Sequence record: NC_048053.1
Direction: 5' to 3' (one strand)
DNA length: 64,000 nucleotides
Part shown: positions 1 through 10,518 of the stretch, piece by piece
How positions within the stretch are numbered: the first letter of the stretch is position 1
How the letters are laid out: each line of letters starts with the position of its first letter
The notes under the pieces: model-generated
Told to the model about the DNA's origin: nothing
The model's database searches: none
The model's input: the letters and a program-made list of their open reading frames with translations, nothing else
Made by a program: the position numbers and the translations under genes

Positions 1-55
1 AATTTCATCCTCTGGAAATCAAACCTGTTGATTCCCGTCTTATGGAGAAAACAAA

Positions 56-505
56 GTGACTCCCGGCTACTGGAAAGTTGTTCCTAACGAACGTTCCACA
101 ACAATCATTCAGGCAATTTGCAGTGCAATTGTTTCTCCGGAAGATCTGGATGACCTGCACGTAACTCTGGCCTACGATAAAAACAATCCGGATAACGATA
201 TTCCGTTAAGCAACGCTGATTTCAAAGCAACGATTTCTGGTGTTGAACTGTTTGGCGCGAACAGTGATATTCTGGTTCTTACTTTGGACTCGGAAGATCT
301 GCAACGCGAACACGCACGCATTCACGAAAATCCTAACGTGAATTTCGATTTCATTCCGTATCGACCGCATATTACTATTGCGAAAAATGCTACGGAAGCA
401 GAACTTGAATGCCTGCACAATATCATTATGTCTCCGAACATTCCTGTGCTATCGATTGTTCTCGGTGACGAATCGCGAGAAGATATTGATGAAAGTAGAG
501 ATTGA
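56..505 (+). CDS. acb1: 2H phosphoesterase, Acb1 / T4 gp57B-like anti-CBASS nuclease
   Basis: Two HxT motifs (LHVTLAY, RPHITIA). Segments LVLTLDSEDLQREH and FDFIPYRPHIT closely match my recollection of T4 57B (LVLVLDSEYLRCRH, HDFDDYTPHIT). Size about 150 aa. Confidence 0.75.
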   Translation: MTPGYWKVVPNERSTTIIQAICSAIVSPEDLDDLHVTLAYDKNNPDNDIPLSNADFKATISGVELFGANSDILVLTLDSEDLQREHARIHENPNVNFDFIPYRPHITIAKNATEAELECLHNIIMSPNIPVLSIVLGDESREDIDESRD

Positions 506-770
506 TCTCGACAAAGAAGACCAGTTAACTCCAAATGCGCAGCGTGCCGAAGATCGTGCGAAAGTACGCCGTCGCATCAAAGAGTATGGTGACACTCCTG
601 ATGATGAAATAGATCAGAAGGAGAAAGAGAAGGAAGATCAGGCGGAAGAAAAACGCAAAACTGATAATCCTCCGCCTCCTGAAAATCTCGGTAAATTCAA
701 ACCGGAAACTTACGAAAGTCTGGATCAACAACTTTCCCATATGGACAGACAAACTTCAAAAAATCTGTAA
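489..770 (+). CDS. hypothetical charged protein (start reassigned to ATG 489)
   Basis: In frame with ORF 378..770. MKVEIDLDKEDQ start overlaps the end of the upstream gene. Confidence 0.6.
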   Translation: MKVEIDLDKEDQLTPNAQRAEDRAKVRRRIKEYGDTPDDEIDQKEKEKEDQAEEKRKTDNPPPPENLGKFKPETYESLDQQLSHMDRQTSKNL

Positions 771-773
771 ATA
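763..773 (+). promoter_or_regulatory. CTGTAAATA motif upstream of the sigma-like gene
   Basis: Recurrent motif. Confidence 0.55.
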
Positions 774-805
774 GTGGGTAGGTTCATTTTTCTTTGGGTG
801 CGATA

Positions 806-1843
806 ATGTCGGACAAGTCCAATCTTACGGGCGGTCAGACTGAGGAAGTTTTAGATACTCTGCTTTATGATTCATTACGCGAGATTGTAGAAAATACAGA
901 CTTGTTTGATGTTCAGCTTGTCTATCTCCTTAGTTTGATCACTTCGAATAAAAAACGTAAGCCGTACAATGCTGAAACTCGCGAGCGTGCTATTAGTCTT
1001 GTGATTAAAACTCTGACTACTCCACGCGAAATGCGAATGCAGTATCTGGTTGAAGTGAAGATGGAGCGCAACTTCATCTACATCTTTTTGGAAAATGTTC
1101 TGAACAAGTATTATCGCACCTATGTTGATTTGTATCGCATGTTCATTTCAACAACGGATAGCGATAAGCGTCAGATATATGCAAAACGTTTGGATGTGAT
1201 TGTTCGTGCTACTGGTGCAAGTTCGCGTTCAAAACTTTTTGTAGCGCTTGTTCGTTTGAATGATATGTTGCCTTTGTTCAAAGACTATTTTCATTCTGTC
1301 GTTGCTGATTTCTATCGCTTGTGTCAAAAACACGCGAAGTTTTATATCGACACGAACAAAGGAAAACAATTTGATAGCAAGGATGTGAATCAAAATTTCC
1401 TCCGCAATGTGTTAATTGCAATAAATAAATACGATAGTGCTAAAGGCGCAATCGTTAGTTATGTTAAGTGGTGGATTCTCAACGCACAAACGTGTAGTAG
1501 TAGCGATCACGAATATGGTATCGCCTACACAATTCCGCAAACGCAGAAGAAACGTTTGGCAACGAAAGAAGACACTACTTCCGTGAATTTTTCTGTCAGT
1601 CTTGATACTCCGACGAATGAAACTTCTGATGAGGGGATGGACGCATCCCTTCACAATAAAATGGGCAGCGAAAACCTTGAAGATTCAGTTAACGGAACGA
1701 GACAGGCAGAGAAACTTGGCCTGTTGGTGAAACGTGTTGATCCATTCGGAATCGCTCGCCTGACTATGGATATTCGGGAAGCATTCGAAAAGGAAGAATT
1801 GGATTTCATGCAAGCCTACATGCGCCGACAAGACTTGTCGTAA
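806..1843 (+). CDS. phage RNA polymerase sigma-factor-like protein
   Basis: AINKYDSAKGAIVSYVKWWILNA resembles sigma70 region 2.3-2.4 (KFD..RG..FSTYA.WWI.QA). SLDTP resembles region 3.2. No clear region-4 HTH. ATG 806 preferred over TTG 794. Confidence 0.65.
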   Translation: MSDKSNLTGGQTEEVLDTLLYDSLREIVENTDLFDVQLVYLLSLITSNKKRKPYNAETRERAISLVIKTLTTPREMRMQYLVEVKMERNFIYIFLENVLNKYYRTYVDLYRMFISTTDSDKRQIYAKRLDVIVRATGASSRSKLFVALVRLNDMLPLFKDYFHSVVADFYRLCQKHAKFYIDTNKGKQFDSKDVNQNFLRNVLIAINKYDSAKGAIVSYVKWWILNAQTCSSSDHEYGIAYTIPQTQKKRLATKEDTTSVNFSVSLDTPTNETSDEGMDASLHNKMGSENLEDSVNGTRQAEKLGLLVKRVDPFGIARLTMDIREAFEKEELDFMQAYMRRQDLS

Positions 1844-1854
1844 AACTAACACGA

Positions 1855-1865
1855 ATCTGTAAACG
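1855..1865 (+). promoter_or_regulatory. CTGTAAA motif upstream of the SSB-uvsX operon
   Basis: Intergenic AATCTGTAAAC. Confidence 0.55.
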
Positions 1866-1903
1866 TTAAGTATACCGATTCAACTCAATATTGAGGATTA
1901 AAC

Positions 1904-3088
<1,185 letters not shown>

Positions 3089-3102
3089 GTAGGTAATCCC
3101 AT

Positions 3103-3129
3103 AGGGCGGCATTAGTCGCCCTTTCTTTT
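3103..3129 (+). terminator. intrinsic terminator/attenuator between SSB and uvsX
   Basis: AGGGCGGC-ATTA-GTCGCCCT followed by a T-rich tail. Confidence 0.65.
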
Positions 3130-3142
3130 CAGGAATCCAGTA

Positions 3143-4648
3143 ATGGCTAAAACCAAAACTAAAGAGAAGGTTGCAAAGAAATCAAAAGCCGTTGAAGGTG
3201 GAGATCTCGTTGTAGCCAAAGCGAAGAAATCAGTTGTCGAAGCGCTTGAGCCGAAAGCGTTTGGCATTGATATGAACGCATATCTTGACAGCATCATTGA
3301 AGTTGTTGAGAAGAAAACGAAAATCAGTTCTCAGAACATGATGCGTTATGCGACTCGTATCTCAACTGGTATTCTCGCGCTCGATATGTATCTGGACGGC
3401 GGTATTGTTCCGGGCGGCTGGTACACATTTGCAGGCGGCGAACAAAGTTGTAAATCAACTCTCGCTATGTGTATCGCGGCAGCACTGATCAAACAAAACT
3501 TCCGTGGCACCACAAGTTATTTCGACTATGAAGGTTCGGCAGATGAACAGTATGCTGCAAACCAGTTGAAAACTCTCGGTGTTAAAATCGATCCGAAAGA
3601 AATCTTTGGCGTTAAAGATGATGAAACTGGCGAATGGCTGGTTCGTCCTCGTATCCGTTATTATGCGCCGGACAACGGAGAGAAATTCTTCGATTACATG
3701 TCTGGTATTCGCCGCCGTCTCCCGGATAAGATCGTAGAGAAAAACGGTGAAGCATTCTTTATTTTCGAAAACACGAAAGAAAATAAAAAGCTCGTCGGCA
3801 ATAACTACGATAAAAAATGGTTCAGCTCACACAACCAATTCAAAGTTCCTGCTCCTGACGCGCACATGCAAAGCCTTACGCTTGTCGATTCTTATCCTGC
3901 TATGATGCCGGATCAAGTTGATGATGACGAAGGCAGTAAAGCGATGGCGTTGCAGGCGCGTATGTTCTCGGACGGAATCAAACGTTTCCGTGGCGGTATG
4001 CGTCGTAAGATGATGACCGTTGTTGGCATTAACCAATTGCGTCAAAAACCTGCGACGATGTTTGGCAGTCCTGAATATGAACCGTGTGGCGATGCACTGA
4101 AATTTTATTCTGACGTTCGTTTGCGTATGGCGAGCCGTGCTGTTCCGCAAGGTTGGCCTCAGTTGAAAGATGCGCCGGGTATTGTTGGTGAGGATAGCGT
4201 GACAGTAGAAGGCGGCATTGACCGTTATCGCTTCATTGCAATTCGCACAACGAAAAACAAAATGGGCGGCATTCCAAACCAAACAACGTGGGTTCGTTTG
4301 TGGGAGTCCGATGGCAACGGTGAAGCGCGTGGTTTCGATCCTGTGTTCGATACGTGGCATTACATGAAAACTATCGGCCTGATCAATGGAACTCGCAACC
4401 GCATCAAGTTCAATGATCCGTGTCCTCTCGCAAGCAAAGTTGCAATCGACTGGCAGGAATTCCGTACTCTGATCAATGGTAACAAAGAACAGATTACGAA
4501 AATCTGCAAGAAGATGGGCGTTAAGCCTAACTCTCTGCGTGCGTGGTGTTTCAAATTCATCACAACTCCGAAAGGAAAAGATTTGCTGCGTAAGAGTATT
4601 ATTGCAAAAGGCAAATCATCTTCTGACGATGATGGTGATGATGAGTAA
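3143..4648 (+). CDS. uvsX: RecA/UvsX-like recombinase
   Basis: ISTGILALDMYLDGG, Walker A variant GGEQSCKST, Walker B LTLVDS, ALQARMFS, INQLRQK..MFGSPEYEPCGDALKFYSDVRL. Confidence 0.9.
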   Translation: MAKTKTKEKVAKKSKAVEGGDLVVAKAKKSVVEALEPKAFGIDMNAYLDSIIEVVEKKTKISSQNMMRYATRISTGILALDMYLDGGIVPGGWYTFAGGEQSCKSTLAMCIAAALIKQNFRGTTSYFDYEGSADEQYAANQLKTLGVKIDPKEIFGVKDDETGEWLVRPRIRYYAPDNGEKFFDYMSGIRRRLPDKIVEKNGEAFFIFENTKENKKLVGNNYDKKWFSSHNQFKVPAPDAHMQSLTLVDSYPAMMPDQVDDDEGSKAMALQARMFSDGIKRFRGGMRRKMMTVVGINQLRQKPATMFGSPEYEPCGDALKFYSDVRLRMASRAVPQGWPQLKDAPGIVGEDSVTVEGGIDRYRFIAIRTTKNKMGGIPNQTTWVRLWESDGNGEARGFDPVFDTWHYMKTIGLINGTRNRIKFNDPCPLASKVAIDWQEFRTLINGNKEQITKICKKMGVKPNSLRAWCFKFITTPKGKDLLRKSIIAKGKSSSDDDGDDE

Positions 4649-4654
4649 TTCTTT

Positions 4655-4678
4655 GGCGGGGAAACCCGCCTTAGTTTC
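4655..4678 (+). terminator. hairpin after uvsX
   Basis: GGCGGG-GAAA-CCCGCC with a weak T tail. Confidence 0.55.
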
Positions 4679-4689
4679 AGGAGAAAGTA

Positions 4690-5091
4690 ATGTCTGATTT
4701 TCTTCCATCCGATATTCGTCCCGGAACGATGTTTGATAATCCGGTAGAATATGTTCCGGAACTTTCGCTCGCTCTTTTCAATCGCCTGTTGGTCGAAGTC
4801 AAAAAGAACTCAGTAACAAACAATCGCTTTGCATTTATGGTTGGCGATGCACTGCGGGAAAGTTTTGATGACTGTCGCCGTGGCGCAAGTGAAATGCGGT
4901 TATCGTTGTATTTTGATCCGTACATGAAAGAACTTCCCAAAGAATATTTGGGTGTCATTCTCGGTACTCCAATTTTCGCGAACTCTGGTTTAAATCCGTA
5001 TGCGCTTATTGCTGTAAGTTTCGCTGAATCTCGCGACGGCAAATATGATGCACAATATCAGACTGGTGTTGATCTCACACCAAATCTGTAA
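4690..5091 (+). CDS. hypothetical protein
   Basis: ORF with AGGAG Shine-Dalgarno. Confidence 0.7.
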   Translation: MSDFLPSDIRPGTMFDNPVEYVPELSLALFNRLLVEVKKNSVTNNRFAFMVGDALRESFDDCRRGASEMRLSLYFDPYMKELPKEYLGVILGTPIFANSGLNPYALIAVSFAESRDGKYDAQYQTGVDLTPNL

Positions 5092-5144
5092 ATAGGTATT
5101 GAAGAATTGCTGTGTGTAGTCTTGCTCTCATAAAGAGCATTTTC

Positions 5145-5171
5145 GGGGCGCTTCGGTGCCCCATTTTTTTT
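5145..5171 (+). terminator. intrinsic terminator
   Basis: GGGGCGC-TTCG-GTGCCCC followed by a poly-T run. Confidence 0.8.
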
Positions 5172-5208
5172 AACTCTCGATAGCCCAATGCGGGCAGGAG
5201 AAAATCAA

Positions 5209-5988
5209 ATGTCAAACTTCATTGAAGTGACCGTTATTCGCGATACTCAGGTATTGGACGGAATCATTCATGGCGCATACCGCCGCAATCGTGACGCAAT
5301 GAAATCCGTTAAGGAAGCGTCAAAATTTAATAACTCGCAAGAAGTCGAATCTCTCAAGATGATGGTAAATCAAAACTTCTTCGCGTATGTCGATGTTACG
5401 AAAAAAGCTGCGGAGTCTGCAATCTTCTCTGCGCTCAAACGTGATGACTCAGGTTTCATTACTACCGGTATTCATGTTTGCCAAAATGATTTTCGTGGAA
5501 GATCTGCGCAAAGTCCTTCCATTATTTTCTCTGATAATCTCGAAGTAATTTCAGATCAGGATTTATCCTCGGCACTGCGTTTGATGTTTATAACGCTTTT
5601 TCGAAGTGGCGCAACATTCAAAAAGGCTTTCCGTTTTTATTGTTCCGGAAACTTCTCAGAGAAATTCTGCCGCTGTTTAGCCGAAGCATATTACAATTTT
5701 AAAATCGACGGTGTGGGTCATATCCATCCGTACACCGGAACGAAGTCGATGCCTATTCCGGCGCAAGATCTTCACTCGCTGTTCATTGAGAATCGTACAC
5801 CAAATAAAGAACTGGATAGTGCGAAATATATTGTTGTTGGCGAAGACCACGCAATTTATTATTCAGACCAGTTGATTGATCGTCTGATTCGATACTGCAC
5901 TTCTCGCGATATTCCTTTGTACATTCCGGAACAGCGCTATCGTCAATTCGTGATTGGAACTCAAATTCATTTTGGAGTAATCGCGTGA
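5209..5988 (+). CDS. hypothetical protein (start ATG 5209)
   Basis: Long ORF with AGGAG Shine-Dalgarno before ATG 5209. Confidence 0.7.
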   Translation: MSNFIEVTVIRDTQVLDGIIHGAYRRNRDAMKSVKEASKFNNSQEVESLKMMVNQNFFAYVDVTKKAAESAIFSALKRDDSGFITTGIHVCQNDFRGRSAQSPSIIFSDNLEVISDQDLSSALRLMFITLFRSGATFKKAFRFYCSGNFSEKFCRCLAEAYYNFKIDGVGHIHPYTGTKSMPIPAQDLHSLFIENRTPNKELDSAKYIVVGEDHAIYYSDQLIDRLIRYCTSRDIPLYIPEQRYRQFVIGTQIHFGVIA

Positions 5989-6563
5989 AAATAAATTTTG
6001 TGAACGACACAAACCCTAAAGCGTATCGTGTCGGTCTGTCTGTGTTTAGCGATTCTCCGGAAATGGAAAAACGCATTACGGACAATTTTAACAAGCAGCC
6101 CGAAAAGTTGCATTATTCTCGTCTTACTCAAATCGTTCGTGATCGCCTGTGTGAGTTTGGCGTCAATATTCCTTTTGAGTGCGGCGCTGTTTTAAATCCT
6201 GTTTATGTGATTGCATTTCGTAGCAGCTTTCTTGCCGTGCCTCTTCGCTTAGTTCAATTTATTGCGGAAGCGCATAGAGAAGTCTACGATCAGGCAGAGG
6301 CTTTTGCTGGTTGTCCTCGGCAAGAACTTGCGGCCTCTGTTACTGCAACGCTTCAAGTTCGCGCCATAGAGCTTGGATATTTGAATCTTGATTTCCGCAT
6401 TAGCGATTCTATGGATCTGAATATTCTGGCTGGATCGTATTCGGTGCATGTTGATTTTTCCAATCAGGTTTTGGAAATCACGCACGAAAAAGTTCGCCAT
6501 GTCGGAACGATCGATTATATTCTGTTGGATTTATTTGGAGAACATCATGACTGTAGCCACTGA
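5985..6563 (+). CDS. hypothetical protein
   Basis: ORF with GTGA overlap to the upstream stop. Confidence 0.65.
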   Translation: MKINFVNDTNPKAYRVGLSVFSDSPEMEKRITDNFNKQPEKLHYSRLTQIVRDRLCEFGVNIPFECGAVLNPVYVIAFRSSFLAVPLRLVQFIAEAHREVYDQAEAFAGCPRQELAASVTATLQVRAIELGYLNLDFRISDSMDLNILAGSYSVHVDFSNQVLEITHEKVRHVGTIDYILLDLFGEHHDCSH

Positions 6564-7080
6564 AATCGTTCAAAATTTTATTTCGCATATCTCCGAAAAA
6601 CTTAACGGCACTCCTGATTATAGCAACACCGATCAGGGCGTCATGGTTCAAGTTGAAATCAAAGCGTCGCAGAATCTATCGGGGAAAATTGATCTGTCTA
6701 TCGCGAATGAAGACGAAATCAAAAAATCTTATCCGCATGGTTTTCATATTCTGCGCGTCTTCGATACGCAATCGTTCCTGATCGCTTCCGGTTATGGCCG
6801 ACCTGAGCATATGTATGTTTTGCAATTTGAAGTTTTGGCAAAGCAAGAAAATGAAATGTCGGCAGAAGAAAAAGCCGATGAGAAAGAGCGTATTAAAAAT
6901 CTCAAAGCGCAGCAACAAGTTGAGGCAGATTCTCTGGTTCTTACTTCTCTGGAAAATGGAATCGTCGATCTGATTCGTGCCAGTGATGATAAAATTCAGG
7001 CGTATGATGAAATGACGGATGCGAAAAAGAAAGTAATCCGCTCTCATTTGAACACCTTGCTGGCGCTGATGCGTTTGTAA
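6547..7080 (+). CDS. hypothetical protein (start ATG 6547)
   Basis: GGAG Shine-Dalgarno before ATG 6547, in frame with ORF 6448..7080. Confidence 0.7.
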   Translation: MTVATEIVQNFISHISEKLNGTPDYSNTDQGVMVQVEIKASQNLSGKIDLSIANEDEIKKSYPHGFHILRVFDTQSFLIASGYGRPEHMYVLQFEVLAKQENEMSAEEKADEKERIKNLKAQQQVEADSLVLTSLENGIVDLIRASDDKIQAYDEMTDAKKKVIRSHLNTLLALMRL

Positions 7081-7160
7081 AAACTTAGCCCACTAACGAT
7101 TTCCTCCATAATTTATTTTGGTAGCATAGATTTGTTACTACAATAATAAGAGGACACGTT

Positions 7161-7409
7161 ATGGCGAATCGCGGTGAAATTAGACTCGCATATAATCAGC
7201 GTCGTGATCAGTGGTTCTCTAAGGAGGAAGAAATTTCTTCTGCGAAAACCGTTGCATTCGTTGACTGCCGTATGTTTGTCCAATGCACATCTGATTGTGT
7301 TTCCGAACAATCCACCGATAAGAAAGTAATTTCTTACTACCGTGAGAATGCGCTTGTTGGTCAAGTCGTGTGGGTCGAAGAGGAAGTTCACTTTCGACTT
7401 ATGATCTAA
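7161..7409 (+). CDS. hypothetical small protein
   Basis: GAGG Shine-Dalgarno, followed by a terminator hairpin. Confidence 0.65.
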   Translation: MANRGEIRLAYNQRRDQWFSKEEEISSAKTVAFVDCRMFVQCTSDCVSEQSTDKKVISYYRENALVGQVVWVEEEVHFRLMI

Positions 7410-7416
7410 AAACCAC

Positions 7417-7458
7417 AAAGGCTACTTTTTCTCTGGGGAAAGTGGCCTTTTTTATTTT
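7417..7458 (+). terminator. intrinsic terminator
   Basis: AAAGGCTACTTT...AAAGTGGCCTTT followed by Ts. Confidence 0.7.
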
Positions 7459-7474
7459 TCCGTGAGGATTCTAT

Positions 7475-9292
7475 ATGTCTACTATTTCTTTGTCGCAGAA
7501 GAGTCAAGAGATTGCCTCTCTGTCGGCATCTGTTGCGCAAAAGGAAGCTGCAAAGTTTCTTTTTGGCAAAAACTATTTGAAGATCCTTGAGACAATCGAG
7601 AAACTTGCGAAGTCGAAAGTGGTTGTATCGCCTCAATTGCGTGGTCTGCTTCTGATGATGCGCGATGCGGAAGACGCAGAGATCATTAAGTTTCAGAAAT
7701 CCGTGCCGGGTAAAGCAACAATCAAAGCCGCGCAGGATCTGCTTAAAGCAAAAACTCTGGATGCAAGTTTGAAAGCATTTCGAGGGATTAAGGTTGCGAA
7801 GAAATGGACGCAAGAGGCAAGCCAAACAAAAGACGTGACGAAGCCCGTTCCGAAAGTTAAACCTGCTCGCCAGCCTAAACCTGCGCCGGAAGAAAAACCT
7901 GTTCTGAAAGTTGGTGAACAAGTTAAGTCTGCACCGAAAATTGGAACGCCTCAAATTCCCGATCTCACCAATAAACCAAATCCGGATACCAAATTCGGCA
8001 AACTGGTTAATGACACCGTTCGCGTTATCGTGAATGCTGCATACCTGATCGATGATTCGATGATCATGCTGACCAAAAACGGCGGCTATCAAATTCGTAT
8101 CTATCCAAAAGTTACTGACAACCCGCGTGAAGATCTCGCTTATGGGATCATTGTTCATAAAGACGAAACTTTCAGTTACGGTGTTTATGACAAAAACGGT
8201 ATCGGTAAAACTGTTGGCAGTGATACCAACATGCGCAAAGCAGTGTCGCATATTATTCACGAAATCGAAACCAACAACCCGACCAATGCTAACGCGTTTC
8301 AGGTTGCTTTCGGCAAAGGCAAAGCAAAAGACGATCATAAATCTGAAACCGTTCTGGTTGATGAAATTTCTGATGTGTTGCCGCAAACTCTGGATAAAAA
8401 GTTTGAGAACTATACCGATCACGTTAAAGCGATTGGCGATAACCTCAAACGAAATATTCCCGGCCTGAAAACTAAATTGCTTCCTCGCGGTCTGGAATTG
8501 ATCATGGGGCAGGATGAATTCGGCACGCTGAAATTCGGTGATGGGCGTTGGTTACTCACGCCATATAAACGCGTACACAAGACGGTTGATATCGGGCAGA
8601 ACTATGACGCAGGCTACGTGATTCAAACACTGAAAGATATGTTTGAGGCTGATCGTAAACGCGCTGCGCGTAAAGAAAAAACTCATGGCGTAACAGATAA
8701 CCTGATGTTGAAATACAAACAGGATATGATGAGCGCACTGGCAAGTAGCGATCTGAAACTGTTCGACGAAGTTCATAACGGAAAAGAAACCAACGACGAT
8801 AATCTTGTTTGGGATATGTCGTATCGTATGCCCGAAACTGGAATCTCGTTGCCCGTTTCTATTCGCTATAATCGCCGTCGTGGTTACAGCTTTGGATTGA
8901 ATGGCGCACCTTACACGATGATTCAACCGGGCGTAGCTCAGAACATTGGTAAGTTTGTTCGCGCTCTCAAATCCACTATTGCCGCTGTTGTGAAAAGTAG
9001 CAGTAAAAAATATGCGCTTGTTGATGGGCGTCCGTTTACTCCGGGAACTGGCGTGCTGCACGCGAAAGCGAAAGCGGTTGATATTCGCTGCACGCAAACA
9101 GCAATTTTCCTTACTGGTAATCCTGCGGCGGTTTCGACTTTGTTCGACGGAAGTTTCAAACAGCCTCTGCTGGATTCTAAAGGCACGGCAACCGTGAACC
9201 GTGCGGCACCGAACAACTATCGCATTCTCTGCAATAATGAGGAAGTGCGTGATCAAATCCTGATGGGTGCAAACATCATCCGGAAACTGTAA
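7475..9292 (+). CDS. large hypothetical protein with Lys/Pro-rich linker
   Basis: 605 aa ORF with GAGG Shine-Dalgarno, flanked by terminators. Confidence 0.75.
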   Translation: MSTISLSQKSQEIASLSASVAQKEAAKFLFGKNYLKILETIEKLAKSKVVVSPQLRGLLLMMRDAEDAEIIKFQKSVPGKATIKAAQDLLKAKTLDASLKAFRGIKVAKKWTQEASQTKDVTKPVPKVKPARQPKPAPEEKPVLKVGEQVKSAPKIGTPQIPDLTNKPNPDTKFGKLVNDTVRVIVNAAYLIDDSMIMLTKNGGYQIRIYPKVTDNPREDLAYGIIVHKDETFSYGVYDKNGIGKTVGSDTNMRKAVSHIIHEIETNNPTNANAFQVAFGKGKAKDDHKSETVLVDEISDVLPQTLDKKFENYTDHVKAIGDNLKRNIPGLKTKLLPRGLELIMGQDEFGTLKFGDGRWLLTPYKRVHKTVDIGQNYDAGYVIQTLKDMFEADRKRAARKEKTHGVTDNLMLKYKQDMMSALASSDLKLFDEVHNGKETNDDNLVWDMSYRMPETGISLPVSIRYNRRRGYSFGLNGAPYTMIQPGVAQNIGKFVRALKSTIAAVVKSSSKKYALVDGRPFTPGTGVLHAKAKAVDIRCTQTAIFLTGNPAAVSTLFDGSFKQPLLDSKGTATVNRAAPNNYRILCNNEEVRDQILMGANIIRKL

Positions 9293-9296
9293 ATAT

Positions 9297-9327
9297 TAGG
9301 GAGTGGGCGAAAGCTCATTCCCTTTTT
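9297..9327 (+). terminator. intrinsic terminator, identical to 19111..19140
   Basis: GGGAGTGGGC-GAAA-GCTCATTCCC-TTTTT. Confidence 0.85.
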
Positions 9328-9344
9328 CAATTCTGGAGCCAAAA

Positions 9345-9938
9345 ATGTCCTCTGTTTCATGTCTGGTGATTCGCTGTAATCAAAAACAATTCGAAGCGAA
9401 AGAAATCTTTTCGTATCTTCGAATCAAAGCAAAACTTTCTACCGTCTCTGCTGTTATGCTTGCTGTCGAAGACGCAGGACGCTATTCGTTTTATATTCTG
9501 CGCGATCTGTTTTATTTCCGCAACGTGTCGAAATCGAAAACTGACAAGCCGTTTACTATCAAGTGGACAGAACATCCGGAACCGGTAACGCAAAACCAAT
9601 TGCTTGATGGCAACCGCTGGCACCTGACGCAGTTTTTTAATTCCGACCGTGGTTTGGATTCCGGATATATGGTTTCAGAATTGCAGACCGCAACCAATGT
9701 TAGCCTGACGCATTGCCAACGTTTCTTTGTTGATCCGGAAACCACTGTTCCGCGCAATCGCGTTAAGCGTGTTGTTGAGCGCAATCCGTTTTTGAAATCT
9801 GCTACGGTTGGTGAAATCATTCGCGAAATGAATCGCCGTGGTTATGAAATGACTTACGCACCGAAAGAGAACAGCAATGAAAAAGATGGGAACGGTAACG
9901 GTTCTGTCGTTGAAGGACAAAGCGCCGAAGAACGTTGA
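9345..9938 (+). CDS. hypothetical protein (start ATG 9345)
   Basis: GGAG Shine-Dalgarno, in frame with ORF 9303..9938. Confidence 0.65.
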   Translation: MSSVSCLVIRCNQKQFEAKEIFSYLRIKAKLSTVSAVMLAVEDAGRYSFYILRDLFYFRNVSKSKTDKPFTIKWTEHPEPVTQNQLLDGNRWHLTQFFNSDRGLDSGYMVSELQTATNVSLTHCQRFFVDPETTVPRNRVKRVVERNPFLKSATVGEIIREMNRRGYEMTYAPKENSNEKDGNGNGSVVEGQSAEER

Positions 9939-10518
9939 TTTGGATATCACGCCAGTTTCTACTGATGACGAGTGGGGCGCGTTAAGTCCTTTTAAACTTG
10001 GCCCTTGTCGAACGGCAGGCGGTACTTTGTTTTTCAATTTCGAAAATCTCTGGCAGTACAGTAAAGTTTATCCGGAACATCTGGAATCCGATAACGATCT
10101 TCTTTGCGGCGAAGTTGCTGCGGAGTGGTTCCGCTGGCATATGAGCGGCGCACGCGAAAGAAGAGGCATTCGCTATCCTATGGGGAAAGGAGCAAAAGCA
10201 AAATTCTCCGTTTGGGGAAACCTGCGCCTTTCCTATATCTCAGCACGTAAAATGATTTACGTTCCTGAATATTCAAAACTGCTTTTGGCTAACACGAAGT
10301 TCCGAAAACTTTTAAGGCAGTACAATAAAGGCGCTAACATTGTCATTCGTGATTACGATACTTACGATGCTTTGAAAGCGTATGCGAATAAAAAAGAACA
10401 TCATCCGTTTCTTTATGCGTTGAATAATCCTGATAAGAAATTCGGTCACGGTTTCGTTATTGGCATGGCGCTGATGTTGAACCCTGTTCCCGGATGGTAT
10501 GATCAATGGGTGCTGTAA
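9877..10518 (+). CDS. DUF6939-like protein, possibly NADAR-related
   Basis: Motifs LSPF, ENLWQYSKVY, LSYISARKMIYVPEY, IVIRDYD and NPDKKFGH match my recollection of the DUF6939 family. Confidence 0.5.
   Translation: MKKMGTVTVLSLKDKAPKNVDLDITPVSTDDEWGALSPFKLGPCRTAGGTLFFNFENLWQYSKVYPEHLESDNDLLCGEVAAEWFRWHMSGARERRGIRYPMGKGAKAKFSVWGNLRLSYISARKMIYVPEYSKLLLANTKFRKLLRQYNKGANIVIRDYDTYDALKAYANKKEHHPFLYALNNPDKKFGHGFVIGMALMLNPVPGWYDQWVL

Noticed and set aside
3600-3900. Intein in the RecA insertion
   Set aside because: No Cys/Ser N-terminal block, no His-Asn C-terminal block, no LAGLIDADG motif, and too short.
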